Position numbers and translations under genes: made by a program
DNA from: Bacilli bacterium
Lineage (GTDB): Bacteria; Bacillota_I; Bacilli_A; RF39; UBA660
Direction of reading: 5' to 3'
DNA: 64,000 bases
Assembly: GCA_017410525.1 (NCBI GenBank)
Contig: JAFQQQ010000002.1
Location: 205,591 to 269,590, forward strand
Shown: positions 29,584 through 39,852 of the stretch, one piece after another
How positions within the stretch are numbered: position 1 is the stretch's first letter
How the letters are laid out: every line of letters begins with the position of its first letter
The notes under the pieces: generated by a model
Told to the model about the DNA's origin: nothing
What the model saw: the letters and a program-made list of their open reading frames with translations, nothing else
Database searches by the model: none

Positions 29584-30546
29584 ATGTTAATTATGAAAAA
29601 TGAAATAATTTTATTTGAAAATCAAGATGTCAAACTTGATGTAAATATAAAAGATGACACAGTATGGTTAAATGCAAAGCAAATAGCTGAATTATTTGAT
29701 AGGGATTATAAAACAATTAGAAAACATATTAATAATGCATTGGAAGAAGAATTAAAAGATGAAGTGGTTGTCGCAAAATTTGCGAATACCACAAAACATG
29801 GTGCAATTAAAGAAAAAAACCAAACTCATATGGTAGATTATTACAATTTAGATGTAATAATATCAGTTGGTTATAGAGTTAAATCTAAAAATGGTATTAT
29901 ATTTAGAAAATGGGCAAATAAAATATTAAAAGAATATTTATTAAAGGGATATGTAGTAAATCAAAAAAGATTAGAATATTTAGAAAAAACTGTTAAGTTA
30001 ATAGATATAGCTAATAGGATTGATGATGAATTAGAAGGTAATGAAGCTAAAGAAATATTAAAAGTAATAGGGGATTATTCTAAAGCCTTAGATTTACTTG
30101 ATAATTATGATCATAAAGATATTACAAAAGTTAAAGGTAGTATTAGTGATAAAAAGATAACTTACAAAGAATGTATAGAAATAATAAATAAATTAAGATT
30201 TAATAGTGATAGTAAGTTATTTGCGCTAGAAAGAGATAAGGGATTAGAATCTATAATAGGTGATATTTATCAAACATTTGATAAAAAAGATGTATATAAA
30301 AGTATTGAAGAAAAGGCTTGTAATTTTCTTTATATGATTATTAAAAACCATGTATTTATAGATGGTAATAAAAGAATAGGTGCGACATTATTTATATATT
30401 TCTTACAATTTTATAATATTTTATATAAGAATGGTAAACAAGTAATAGATAATAATACATTAGTTGCTTTAACACTCCTAATTGCACAATCTAATCCAAA
30501 AGAGAAAGAATTAATAATAGATTTAGTTATGAATTTCTTGGAATAA
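29584..30546 (+). CDS. RhuM-family N-terminal domain fused to Fic/Doc toxin domain
   Basis: The N-terminus resembles the RhuM family (IILFENQDVKLDV..DDTVWLNAKQIAELF). The C-terminus carries the Doc-type motif HVFIDGNKRIGATLF (HxFx(D)GNKR). Confidence 0.6.
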   Translation: MLIMKNEIILFENQDVKLDVNIKDDTVWLNAKQIAELFDRDYKTIRKHINNALEEELKDEVVVAKFANTTKHGAIKEKNQTHMVDYYNLDVIISVGYRVKSKNGIIFRKWANKILKEYLLKGYVVNQKRLEYLEKTVKLIDIANRIDDELEGNEAKEILKVIGDYSKALDLLDNYDHKDITKVKGSISDKKITYKECIEIINKLRFNSDSKLFALERDKGLESIIGDIYQTFDKKDVYKSIEEKACNFLYMIIKNHVFIDGNKRIGATLFIYFLQFYNILYKNGKQVIDNNTLVALTLLIAQSNPKEKELIIDLVMNFLE

Positions 30547-30580
30547 ATAATAAATAGTATTTTGCATTTTTGGCAAAATA

Positions 30581-30841
30581 CTATTTTAATTTACTCTTTA
30601 AAAAATCTTCAAATACTAAAAGACCATAATGTTTATTATAATAATTAGGAAATTCGTTTAAATGAGCAAGTGCGATTTTAGCTGTTTTAACTAAATCATT
30701 ATTAGTAACATTAGTGTCTATATTTTGAAGTCCATGCTCTAATTCTACATTTATACCTCTTTTAAAATCTTCAAAAGGAAATTTAGAAAAATTTACATTT
30801 AAATATCTTGCTACTCTTAAAATATCATTATCACTAATCAT
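30581..30841 (-). CDS. Hypothetical 86-aa protein, convergent with the RhuM-Doc gene
   Basis: Only minus-strand ORF in the region not overlapping a + gene. The bidirectional terminator hairpin at 30553-30590 separates the two. Confidence 0.35.
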   Translation of the reverse strand: MISDNDILRVARYLNVNFSKFPFEDFKRGINVELEHGLQNIDTNVTNNDLVKTAKIALAHLNEFPNYYNKHYGLLVFEDFLKSKLK

Positions 30842-30910
30842 ATCATCACCTCTATAATTATATTGAATAAATTGAGTATTTATGTTATTATATTCGAAGG
30901 AAGTGATTGT

Positions 30911-32335
30911 ATGAGTTTACCAAATTTAAAAGAGGCTAAAATTAGAACTAATAAAGAAATAAAAATAATAAGAGATGAATATAAAGTTCCCGAAAACATG
31001 AAAACTATAGGTAAAAATAAAAAATATTTTTTAAAAACTTATGGTTGTCAAATGAATGTACATGATAGTGAAAATATAAAAGCTATTTTAGAAGATATGA
31101 GTTTTGAAGAAACTGTTCAAATGGAAGATGCTGATATAATAATTCTTAATACTTGTGCAATAAGAGAAAATGCTCATAATAAGATGTTTGGATTTTTAGG
31201 AAGAGTAAAACATTTAAAACAAAATAAAAAAGATATAATATGTGGTATATGTGGATGTATGGCACAAGAAGAAACTGTAGTAGATGATTTAAAAAACAAA
31301 TATAAATGGGTTGACATAGTATTTGGAACTCATAATATACATAAATTACCTGAAATATTAGAAGAGTCTATAAATAAACAAAAACAAGAAGTAGAAGTAT
31401 TTAGTATTGAAGGTGATGTGTATGAAGGAATACCTGTGAAAAGGGATTCTTTGGTAAAAGCTTGGGTAAATATTCAATATGGTTGTGATAAGTTTTGTAC
31501 TTATTGTATAGTTCCTTATACAAGAGGTAAACAAAGAAGTAGACTTCCTATTGATATAATAAATGAAGTAAAACAATTAGTTAAAGATGGTTACAAAGAA
31601 GTAACTTTACTTGGACAAAATGTTAATGCTTATGGTAAAGATTTAGATATGGATTATACTATGAGTGATTTATTAGAAGAAACTGCTAAAACTGGAATAG
31701 AAAGAGTTAGATTTGTAACTAGCCACCCATGGGATTTTGATGATAAAATGATAGATGTAATAGCTAAATACGATAATATAATGCCTTATATTCATTTACC
31801 TTTGCAATCAGGTAGTGATAGAATATTAAAACTTATGGGAAGACGCTATACAAAAGAAAAGTATTTAGAACTGTTTAATAAAATTAAAAACAGAGTTCCA
31901 AACTGCTCAATAACTACAGATATAATAGTTGCTTTCCCAGGAGAAACAGAAGAAGATTTTAAAGATACATTGGATGTAGTGAACAAATGTAAGTATGATT
32001 CAGCATTCACATTTATTTATTCACCTAGAGTTGGTACTCCAGCTGCTCTTATGAAAAATGATTTAACTGAAGAAGAAAAAAATAGAAGACTATATGAACT
32101 AAATGAAGTAGTAAATAAATATGCGAATGAAGCTAATCAAAAATACCTGGGAAAAGTAGTAAAAGTATTATTAGAAACTCCTAGTGAAAAAGAAGGAAGA
32201 CTTATGGGATATACTGATACTATGAAGTTAGTGAATGTAGAGGCTGATTGTAGTTATCTAGGGAAAATAGTAGATGTAGAAATAATAGACGTTAAAACGT
32301 GGAGTTTAGATGGTAAATTGATTGAAAAAGTATAA
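30911..32335 (+). CDS. miaB: tRNA-i6A37 methylthiotransferase MiaB (radical SAM MTTase)
   Basis: N-terminal MTTase domain (YFLKTYGCQMNVHDSE), radical-SAM CxxxCxxC (CDKFCTYC) and a TRAM domain at the C-terminus. Start placed at ATG 30911 after RBS GAAGGAAG. Confidence 0.85.
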   Translation: MSLPNLKEAKIRTNKEIKIIRDEYKVPENMKTIGKNKKYFLKTYGCQMNVHDSENIKAILEDMSFEETVQMEDADIIILNTCAIRENAHNKMFGFLGRVKHLKQNKKDIICGICGCMAQEETVVDDLKNKYKWVDIVFGTHNIHKLPEILEESINKQKQEVEVFSIEGDVYEGIPVKRDSLVKAWVNIQYGCDKFCTYCIVPYTRGKQRSRLPIDIINEVKQLVKDGYKEVTLLGQNVNAYGKDLDMDYTMSDLLEETAKTGIERVRFVTSHPWDFDDKMIDVIAKYDNIMPYIHLPLQSGSDRILKLMGRRYTKEKYLELFNKIKNRVPNCSITTDIIVAFPGETEEDFKDTLDVVNKCKYDSAFTFIYSPRVGTPAALMKNDLTEEEKNRRLYELNEVVNKYANEANQKYLGKVVKVLLETPSEKEGRLMGYTDTMKLVNVEADCSYLGKIVDVEIIDVKTWSLDGKLIEKV

Positions 32336-32388
32336 AAAACTATACTTTTTTTAATTTTTTGTGATATAATTTAAATATAATAAAGGAG

Positions 32389-33663
32389 ATGATAGTTGTG
32401 ATATGTAAGAAATGTGGAGCTAATATAGAAGATAATTGTAAGTTTTGCGGAGTATGTGGAGAAAAAGTAGAAGAACTTGTACAAGAACAAAATGTTCAAT
32501 CTGAAAGTATAGTAGAAGAAACGCCAATGGTTGTTCCTTTAATTCAACCAGAGACAGAATCTTTAGAACAAACTGCAATTGTTGAACCAATAGTGCCAGA
32601 AGTTAATATTGAAACAAATGAAAACGTTATTCCAGTAGTAGAACATTCTTTAGAACAAACAGCAGTAGTAGAACCCGTTACACCAGAAACAAATGTTAAT
32701 GAAGTAGTGTCTACACCTGAAGTTAATACTGTACCGGTTACTAACAGAGAGTTGAAGAAAAAAAATAATTCTTGGATTTTTGTAGTGTTAGGAGTATTAT
32801 TAGGATTAATTGCACTTGCTTTGATATATTTTGCTTATTATAAATCATCTAATAGTTCTGTAAGAGTACTTGAAAAGGCTTTAGGTAATTTGGCATTTAA
32901 AGCAGAAAATAGTGGTACTATAGATGCAAAATTATTAATTCAAAGTAATACAGAAGATGCTATGAACTTATCTGCTACTATAAAATATGCTAAACAAGGT
33001 GATGATAATTATAACTTTAATTTAACATTAAATAAATCTATGTTCTTTGATGAAATGAATATATATGCATCAATTTTAGATGAAAGGGTAACTTTATTTG
33101 TTAATTCAAGTTTAATAGATATGTTAGGATTTACTTCAGCAACTCCTTCTATGTGGGTATATATGACTACCACAGAACAGGAATTAGAAATGCAAACTGG
33201 AACTGAAATAGATGAATTAGATGATATAGATTTAAGTGATATTTTAGATGAAAAACATTTTAAACTAATTGGAGAACAAAACAATTTAAATCATTATCAA
33301 TTAGTTATAGATAATGAACTAGTAAATAGAATTAAAACTGAAGCATACAAAGAAGAAGATTTAAAAAGTTTTGGTGATAGTTTAAGTGAATTAACAGAAA
33401 CTTATTATGTAGATTTCTATATTAATAATTCTAATGAATTAGTTAAAATATCTATGGATTTAACAAATTCTTTAAATGATGAATCAATAAAGAGTGCAGT
33501 TATAAGTTTTGAATTCAATAACTTTGGTAGTACTTTAGTACAAATACCTACAGAAGCCCAAAATTCTATTATTGATTTAGAAACTTATATGACGACTTAT
33601 GCTATACAAGATGATGCATATATTGATACATCATTAAATCAGGATTACACATATGAATATTAA
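32389..33663 (+). CDS. Membrane-anchored protein with N-terminal zinc ribbon (CKKCG..CKFCGVCG), Pro/Glu/Val-rich linker, one TM helix and extracytoplasmic domain
   Basis: Sequence features only; the start could instead be the GTG at 32398. Confidence 0.45.
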   Translation: MIVVICKKCGANIEDNCKFCGVCGEKVEELVQEQNVQSESIVEETPMVVPLIQPETESLEQTAIVEPIVPEVNIETNENVIPVVEHSLEQTAVVEPVTPETNVNEVVSTPEVNTVPVTNRELKKKNNSWIFVVLGVLLGLIALALIYFAYYKSSNSSVRVLEKALGNLAFKAENSGTIDAKLLIQSNTEDAMNLSATIKYAKQGDDNYNFNLTLNKSMFFDEMNIYASILDERVTLFVNSSLIDMLGFTSATPSMWVYMTTTEQELEMQTGTEIDELDDIDLSDILDEKHFKLIGEQNNLNHYQLVIDNELVNRIKTEAYKEEDLKSFGDSLSELTETYYVDFYINNSNELVKISMDLTNSLNDESIKSAVISFEFNNFGSTLVQIPTEAQNSIIDLETYMTTYAIQDDAYIDTSLNQDYTYEY

Positions 33664-33734
33664 AAGTAGTTTTTACTGCTTTTTTTGTGCATTTTTACTA
33701 AACTCTTTCATATATTAAATTGAGGAGTGATTAT

Positions 33735-34265
33735 ATGTCATTATATAAGGAGATAGTTACTAAAGCTGTTATTGGTAAAGGTAAAAAATATTTTAAAGAC
33801 AATTATAGTATTTCTATAGAAAATACTCCAACTACAATACTTGGGTGTTGGGTAATAAATCATAAGTTTAAAGGGTATAAAACAAACGAAAAAATAGGTG
33901 TTAGCGGATCATATGATGTAAATATTTGGTATTCATATGAAAATGATTCTAAAACTGCTGTTGTAAATAAAAATATATCATATAATGATTTATTTAATGT
34001 CAGATTAAAAGAAAATGCAGATCTATCAAATGATACAGATATAATTGTTAGAACGCTTAAACAACCTAATTGTTCTGGAGTAAATATAAATGGTAAGAAC
34101 ATTACTTTTGATATAGAAAAAGAATTAGGTGTAGAAGTAGTAGGAGAAACTAAGGTAAAAATAGCTATTGAAGAAGATGAAGAACCATGGGATGAAATAG
34201 AGGATGAATTAAGTGATAAAGATTTAGAAGAAATAGATAAAGTAAAAGATGATTTTATAAAATAG
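33735..34265 (+). CDS. cotE: Spore coat morphogenetic protein CotE
   Basis: Strong similarity to B. subtilis CotE recalled from memory (IITKAV..G.K......ILGGWIINHK..YD.NVWYSY.D.TKT.VV......QPNC..V....VVGETKV, acidic C-tail). The miaB-proximal location matches the Bacillus synteny. Confidence 0.75.
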   Translation: MSLYKEIVTKAVIGKGKKYFKDNYSISIENTPTTILGCWVINHKFKGYKTNEKIGVSGSYDVNIWYSYENDSKTAVVNKNISYNDLFNVRLKENADLSNDTDIIVRTLKQPNCSGVNINGKNITFDIEKELGVEVVGETKVKIAIEEDEEPWDEIEDELSDKDLEEIDKVKDDFIK

Positions 34266-34318
34266 TACTATTGTACTTTTTTTCTTTTTTTGGTAATATA
34301 TATTCTGTTGGTGATTTT

Positions 34319-34801
34319 ATGATAAACAAATTAGGACTAAATGAAGAAAGAATGTTATCAGTAGAGAAAATAATAGTAAATACAAAATTAAATTTATTAG
34401 ATGAAGAATTTCTTTTTAATAATGATATTTTTAGCTTAGAATATATAAGACAAATGCACATATTTTTGTTTGGTGATTTATATTATGAAAGGGATTTGAC
34501 TTTTAGAGAATTATCAAATGAAGAAATAAAGTATATAGAAGTTTTACTTAATTCAATTAAACAAATATGTATAAATAAGTATGATTGTGTAGAAATACTC
34601 TTAGAAACATTAGTAAGGCTTTGGGAATTGCAAATATTTAAAGACGGAAATACTAGAACTCTTTTAGGATACTTATCTATATTAAATAAGGCATTTATTT
34701 TAAATTTAGACATAGATTTGAATAAAGAAATAAAAAGTAGAGCTAGTGAATTATATGTCAAAAACCTTGTTAACCAAAAACAGTTGACAAAATCAAAATA
34801 A
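34319..34801 (+). CDS. Fic-fold protein with degenerate active-site motif (QIFKDGNTRT in place of HPFxDGNGR)
   Basis: Motif position and flanking helices resemble the Fic core. The catalytic His is replaced by Gln. Start chosen at the ATG after GGTGA. Confidence 0.4.
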   Translation: MINKLGLNEERMLSVEKIIVNTKLNLLDEEFLFNNDIFSLEYIRQMHIFLFGDLYYERDLTFRELSNEEIKYIEVLLNSIKQICINKYDCVEILLETLVRLWELQIFKDGNTRTLLGYLSILNKAFILNLDIDLNKEIKSRASELYVKNLVNQKQLTKSK

Positions 34802-34837
34802 TTTGTTAATATTATATATAGTGAATGGAGGTGCTTT

Positions 34838-35125
34838 ATGGCAGTTAAAATGAGATTAAAAAGAATGGGAGCTAAAAAAAGACCTTTTTACCGTATCGTA
34901 GTTGCTGATTCAAGATTCCCAAGAGATGGAAGATTTATTGAAGAAGTTGGATACTATAATCCAGTTGAAAATCCAGCGCTTGTAAAAGTGGATAAAGAAT
35001 TAGCTATGAAATGGTTAAATAATGGTGCAACTCCTACAGATACAGTTAGAGATATCTTAAGTAAAGAAGGAATATTAAAAGAATTCCACGAAGCTAAAAT
35101 GGCTAGTAAGAAAGCTGGTAAATAA
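34838..35125 (+). CDS. rpsP: 30S ribosomal protein S16
   Basis: [26 protein letters not shown] is near-universal S16. Confidence 0.95.
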   Translation: MAVKMRLKRMGAKKRPFYRIVVADSRFPRDGRFIEEVGYYNPVENPALVKVDKELAMKWLNNGATPTDTVRDILSKEGILKEFHEAKMASKKAGK

Positions 35126-35127
35126 TT

Positions 35128-35370
35128 ATGGAATTAATTAATTTAACAGAATATTTAGTTAGTGAATTACTACCTAATGTAGAAGGTATAAGTGTTAAGC
35201 AAATAGAATCTGAAACTGATACAGTTATTCAAGTTTTAGTTCCAAATGAATGTATGAGTTTAGTAATTGGTAAAGGTGGAAGTATTGCTAATTCAATTCG
35301 TACAATAGTACAAGCTAGTGCTTATGTTAAAAAAATGGGTAGAGTAAGAATCAATATAGATTCATTATAA
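35128..35370 (+). CDS. ylqC: KH-domain RNA-binding protein (YlqC-like)
   Basis: 80 aa with a GxxG KH motif (IGKGGSIANSIR), immediately after rpsP as in Bacillus. Confidence 0.8.
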   Translation: MELINLTEYLVSELLPNVEGISVKQIESETDTVIQVLVPNECMSLVIGKGGSIANSIRTIVQASAYVKKMGRVRINIDSL

Positions 35371-35452
35371 AGTTGGAGTAATCCAATTTTTTTTATTTTT
35401 TAGTTGTAATAACTTCTTTAATATATTATAATTATATATAGGATGTGATTAT

Positions 35453-36253
35453 ATGAAACAAAGAGTAATAAGTGCTACAGTAGCATTTGCGATCTTTATA
35501 CCAATTTTTATTATAGGAAAATTACCTTTTAATTTAGCGTTTTATGTTTTAACTCTTCTTGGCTTAAAAGAGTTTATGAAAGTTAAAGAAAAAGAAAAAA
35601 AATTTCCTGACTTTATAAGACTTATTGCATACCTTTTAATAACACTTCTTTATTTTGGATGTACTTTAGATGGTAATATGGACTTTAGTTTTGATTATAG
35701 AATGGTTGCTGGACTTTTCTTGAGCTTATTGATGCCGGTAGTTTTATATCACAATGAAAAAGTATATAATATAAAGGATGCATTTTATTTGTTAGGTGGT
35801 GTATTTTTCTTAGGTTTTTCTATGTCTTTATTTTCAATGTATAGAGCCAAAGGTTTAGATTTAATAATATTCTTATTTATGATAACTATAATTACTGATT
35901 CATTTGCTTATTTTGGTGGAAGATTAGTAGGGAAAAATAAATTGTTAGAAGTTATTTCTCCTAAGAAAACTTGGGAGGGGACCATTATAGGTAGTTTAGT
36001 AGGTACTTTTGTTTGTACAGTTTATTATTTAACCGTAATAAATCCTGATGTATCCGTGTTTGCCATTTCTATTGTCGTACTATTCTTGAGTTTAATAGGT
36101 CAATTTGGTGATTTATTCTTTTCAGCAATAAAAAGAAAATATAATGTAAAAGATTTTTCTAATATTATGCCAGGACACGGTGGAGTATTAGATAGATTGG
36201 ATAGTATTATATTTGTGATGTTAGCTTTCACATTCTTTGTAAATATTTTATAA
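35453..36253 (+). CDS. cdsA: Phosphatidate cytidylyltransferase
   Basis: Polytopic membrane protein with the C-terminal CDS signature (..SAIKRKYNVKDFSNIMPGHGGVLDRLDS). Confidence 0.8.
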   Translation: MKQRVISATVAFAIFIPIFIIGKLPFNLAFYVLTLLGLKEFMKVKEKEKKFPDFIRLIAYLLITLLYFGCTLDGNMDFSFDYRMVAGLFLSLLMPVVLYHNEKVYNIKDAFYLLGGVFFLGFSMSLFSMYRAKGLDLIIFLFMITIITDSFAYFGGRLVGKNKLLEVISPKKTWEGTIIGSLVGTFVCTVYYLTVINPDVSVFAISIVVLFLSLIGQFGDLFFSAIKRKYNVKDFSNIMPGHGGVLDRLDSIIFVMLAFTFFVNIL

Positions 36254-36266
36254 AAGGTGATTATTA

Positions 36267-37529
36267 ATGATGACAATTATATATTTTATTTTAATACTTG
36301 GAGTAACTGTTTTTATACATGAATTAGGTCATTTTGTGTTTGCTAAAAGGTACGGAGTTCATGTATATGAATTTTCTATAGGAATGGGTCCAAAATTGTT
36401 TAAGTTTAACAGAAAAAATGATGAAACAAATTATTGTATTCGTCTTTTTCCTATAGGTGGATTTGTTCAAATGGCAGGGGAAGAAGTTGAAGAAGATAAA
36501 AGTATACCTATAGAAAAGAGTTTAAGATCTAAAACTGCTTTTCAAAGATTTATGATTATGGTTGCAGGTGTAATGATGAATTTTATACTTGCTTTTGTAC
36601 TTTTATTTTTCTTAGGTTTATTTAATGATGCAAGTGTTAATAATGTTTATATAGATGGTAGTACAATTCCTAATTTAAACAATAATGACAAGATTGTAGA
36701 AGTAGATGGACACTTTGTAAATAATTACGATAAACTTGCTTTAGAATTAACTATAGCTGCTAAAAAAGATTTCAATATGGTTGTAGAAGATCCTAAAGGT
36801 AACGAAAAAGAAGTTAATGTTCATCCAATTGCTTTAGGTAAAAATGGTTTACCACATAAAAAAGATTTTGGATTTGAAGTAAATAATATAGAGATATCTA
36901 AAAGCAGTTTAAAAGAAGTAAGTGTTGGTGATACTATTGTTTCAGTTAATGGAATAAAAATAACTAACAATTTAGAACTTTTAAATGAATTGGATAAAGC
37001 AAAAGGTGAAATACTATTAACTTTAAAAGATAAAAATAATAAAGAGCGAAATGTTAAAGTAACAGTAAACGAAAATAAAGATGATGAACTATTAGGATAT
37101 AGTTATGGATTCTATATAACAGGAGAAAGAGTTAAAGGTTTATTTGGAGCGCTTAAGTATGCTTGTTTAAAATTCTTTAGTACAGTAGAACAAATGGTAT
37201 TTACAGTATTCTATTTAATTACTGGAGATATTAGTTTAAATATGTTATCAGGACCTGTTGGAATATTTAGTGTAGTAGGAGATGCAGGTAAAGCAGGATT
37301 TAGTAGTGTAATATCACTTCTATCACTAATCTGTATAAATGTAGGTTTTATTAACTTTTTACCACTCCCAGCTTTTGATGGCGGACACATATTATTTATT
37401 ATAATAGAAAAAATAAAAGGTAGTAGAGTTAATCCTAAAGTAGAAAATACAATACATAATATAGGGTTTATATTACTTATGATACTTATGGTTCTTGTAA
37501 CTTATAACGATATAATTAGAATATTTTAA
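36267..37529 (+). CDS. rseP: RIP zinc metalloprotease RseP/RasP (site-2 protease) with PDZ domain
   Basis: HELGH zinc motif near the N-terminus, a PDZ region and a C-terminal LDGG motif (AFDGGH). Confidence 0.8.
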   Translation: MMTIIYFILILGVTVFIHELGHFVFAKRYGVHVYEFSIGMGPKLFKFNRKNDETNYCIRLFPIGGFVQMAGEEVEEDKSIPIEKSLRSKTAFQRFMIMVAGVMMNFILAFVLLFFLGLFNDASVNNVYIDGSTIPNLNNNDKIVEVDGHFVNNYDKLALELTIAAKKDFNMVVEDPKGNEKEVNVHPIALGKNGLPHKKDFGFEVNNIEISKSSLKEVSVGDTIVSVNGIKITNNLELLNELDKAKGEILLTLKDKNNKERNVKVTVNENKDDELLGYSYGFYITGERVKGLFGALKYACLKFFSTVEQMVFTVFYLITGDISLNMLSGPVGIFSVVGDAGKAGFSSVISLLSLICINVGFINFLPLPAFDGGHILFIIIEKIKGSRVNPKVENTIHNIGFILLMILMVLVTYNDIIRIF

Positions 37530-37538
37530 GGTGATTTT

Positions 37539-38438
37539 ATGTTAAAAGTAGAAAATGTAACAAAATATTATGGGGACTTTAAGGCAGTTGATAAACTGTC
37601 TTTTGAAGTAAATAAAGGAGAAATATTTGGACTTCTAGGAGTTAATGGAGCAGGTAAAACTACAACATTTAGAATGATTATGGGATTACTTGATAAAAAT
37701 GAGGGAAGTATTACTTTAGATGATAAAGAAATTGATTATTCAGTTACTGATGATATAGGTTTTTTAACTGAAGAAAGAAGTTTACTTACAAAACTTACAG
37801 TAAAAGAACAAGCAATCTATTTTGGTACTTTAAAAGGTATGAGTGATGAATCTATAATAGAAAGGCTTGATTATCTATTAAAAAAGTTTGGCATAGAAGA
37901 ATATAAAAATAAAAAGATAAAAGAATTATCTAAGGGTAATCAACAAAAAATACAATTTATAACAGCTATTCTAAACTCTCCAAAATTACTCATATTGGAT
38001 GAACCTTTCGCAGGGCTTGATCCATTTAATATTGAACTATTTAAAGAAGAAATATTAAACTTATCTAAAAAAGGGAGTATTATAATTTTCTCTTCTCATA
38101 GAATGGAACACGTAGAATTATTTTGTAAAAAATTAGCGGTCCTTGTAAATGGTAAAGCTGTATTATCAGGTAATATTAAAGATATTAAAGAAAGTTATAT
38201 GAAAAAGAATATCTTTATAAAGGGAGATGTTGAAATAGATAAGTTAAAGAATGTTAAAGGTGTTGAAGAAGTAATAGAACATTCACAAGAGTATGAAGTA
38301 AAAATATCGAGTAAAGAAGCAATACAAAATGTATTTAAATATATAAGCAAGTGTTTTAATGTGACTAAGTTTGTTGTAGAAGAACCAAGTCTAAATGAAA
38401 TATTTATTTCTAAAGTAGGTGAGTCATATGAGAAGTAA
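37539..38438 (+). CDS. ABC transporter ATP-binding protein (NatA-like)
   Basis: Walker A GVNGAGKTT, signature LSKGNQQK and Walker B LILDEP. Confidence 0.8.
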   Translation: MLKVENVTKYYGDFKAVDKLSFEVNKGEIFGLLGVNGAGKTTTFRMIMGLLDKNEGSITLDDKEIDYSVTDDIGFLTEERSLLTKLTVKEQAIYFGTLKGMSDESIIERLDYLLKKFGIEEYKNKKIKELSKGNQQKIQFITAILNSPKLLILDEPFAGLDPFNIELFKEEILNLSKKGSIIIFSSHRMEHVELFCKKLAVLVNGKAVLSGNIKDIKESYMKKNIFIKGDVEIDKLKNVKGVEEVIEHSQEYEVKISSKEAIQNVFKYISKCFNVTKFVVEEPSLNEIFISKVGESYEK

Positions 38439-39753
38439 ATTAAATTTTTTAATCAATGTTAGCCTGAAGAAAAAGATAAAATCAAAATGGTTCTTAGTTG
38501 CCAATATTGTTATAGGTTTACTTATAGTAGGACTTATAAATCTTGATAGTATAATTACTAAATTTGGTGGAGATTTTAGTGATTCTACTAAAATTTATAT
38601 ATCAGATGAAACAACTGTTATCGCACCTACATTTGAAGAAGCGCTTAATCTTTATGTAACTAATTTATATGGCATGGAAGAGTCTAAATATGAAGTAGAA
38701 ATAACAGATAAAAAATCTAATGAGATGCAGGAAACAATAAAAGACGAAGAAAATAAATCGTTGTTGATAGAAATCTATTATGATGAAAATAATGATATAA
38801 AAGCAAAATTAATTTCTTTGTCAACACTTGATACTTATGATTATCAAATTATAAGCGGTGCTTTAAATACAACAACTAGTATGTATACATTAAGTTCAAT
38901 AGGACTTACAGAAGAACAATACAATAAAATATTAAAAGGCATTGAAATAGATAGGGTTATATTGGATGAATCCATAAAAACAGAAGATGAAAATATGGAA
39001 ATGATAGTAACTACTGTATTTCCTATTATTATCTTACCATTCTTTATGTTAACTATATTCTTAATACAATTTATAGGAACTGAAGTAAACGATGAAAAAT
39101 CTACTAAGAGTATGGAAATAATAATATCTAATGTATCCCCTAAAACTCATTTTGCTTCAAAAATAATTGCTAATAATTTATTTATATTGATGCAAGTAGT
39201 ATTGATGATAATATATGCTATGGTAGGCATTGGAATAAGAAAGGTAATAGGTGGAGACAATATAATAAATGGTATAGGGACAGAAGTATCTAATATGTTT
39301 AATATGATATTGAATGGATCGTTAGGAGAAAAGTTAGTACCAATAATAATATTTACAATTATACTAATGATACTTACATTTATTGCATATTCACTTCTTG
39401 CGGGAATACTTGCATCTATGACAACTAATGCAGAAGATTATCAGCAAGTACAAGGACCTATGGTTATAATACTACTTATAGGTTATTACTTATCAATGAT
39501 AGCAGGTATGTTTGAAGGCTCTGTGCTTATTAAAATATTATCGTTTTTCCCATTTGTTTCGGCTATTCTTTCGCCGTCATTACTTGTAATGGGACAAATA
39601 GGAGTAGTTGAGATAATCATTTCTACAATAATAATGATAATAACAAACTATTTATTAATTAAATATGGTATTAGAATATACAAAGTGGGTATTTTAAATT
39701 ATTCATCTACTGGTATGTGGAAGAAAATGTTTAAGTCATTAAGAAACAAATAA
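38419..39753 (+). CDS. ABC-2 type permease (NatB-like) with large extracytoplasmic loop
   Basis: N-terminal TM, an about 170-aa loop and five C-terminal TM helices. Overlaps the ATPase gene. Confidence 0.6.
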   Translation: MSHMRSKLNFLINVSLKKKIKSKWFLVANIVIGLLIVGLINLDSIITKFGGDFSDSTKIYISDETTVIAPTFEEALNLYVTNLYGMEESKYEVEITDKKSNEMQETIKDEENKSLLIEIYYDENNDIKAKLISLSTLDTYDYQIISGALNTTTSMYTLSSIGLTEEQYNKILKGIEIDRVILDESIKTEDENMEMIVTTVFPIIILPFFMLTIFLIQFIGTEVNDEKSTKSMEIIISNVSPKTHFASKIIANNLFILMQVVLMIIYAMVGIGIRKVIGGDNIINGIGTEVSNMFNMILNGSLGEKLVPIIIFTIILMILTFIAYSLLAGILASMTTNAEDYQQVQGPMVIILLIGYYLSMIAGMFEGSVLIKILSFFPFVSAILSPSLLVMGQIGVVEIIISTIIMIITNYLLIKYGIRIYKVGILNYSSTGMWKKMFKSLRNK

Positions 39754-39811
39754 TTGTTTCTTTTTTATTGAAATCTTGGTATAATTAATTGGAAGGCGAG
39801 CGCTAAATCAG

Positions 39812-39852
39812 CTGTTTTTTAGTACTTTTTTCAAAAAAATAAAAATTTTTTG
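39812..39852. promoter_or_regulatory. Near-perfect 17/18-bp inverted repeat (AGTACTTTTTTCAAAAAA-7 nt-TTTTTTGAAAAAAGTAT) abutting the -35 of the tRNA promoter
   Basis: Seen directly in the sequence. It is followed by TTGTCA-17 nt-TATACT at 39852-39880, then tRNA-Ile. Confidence 0.4.
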
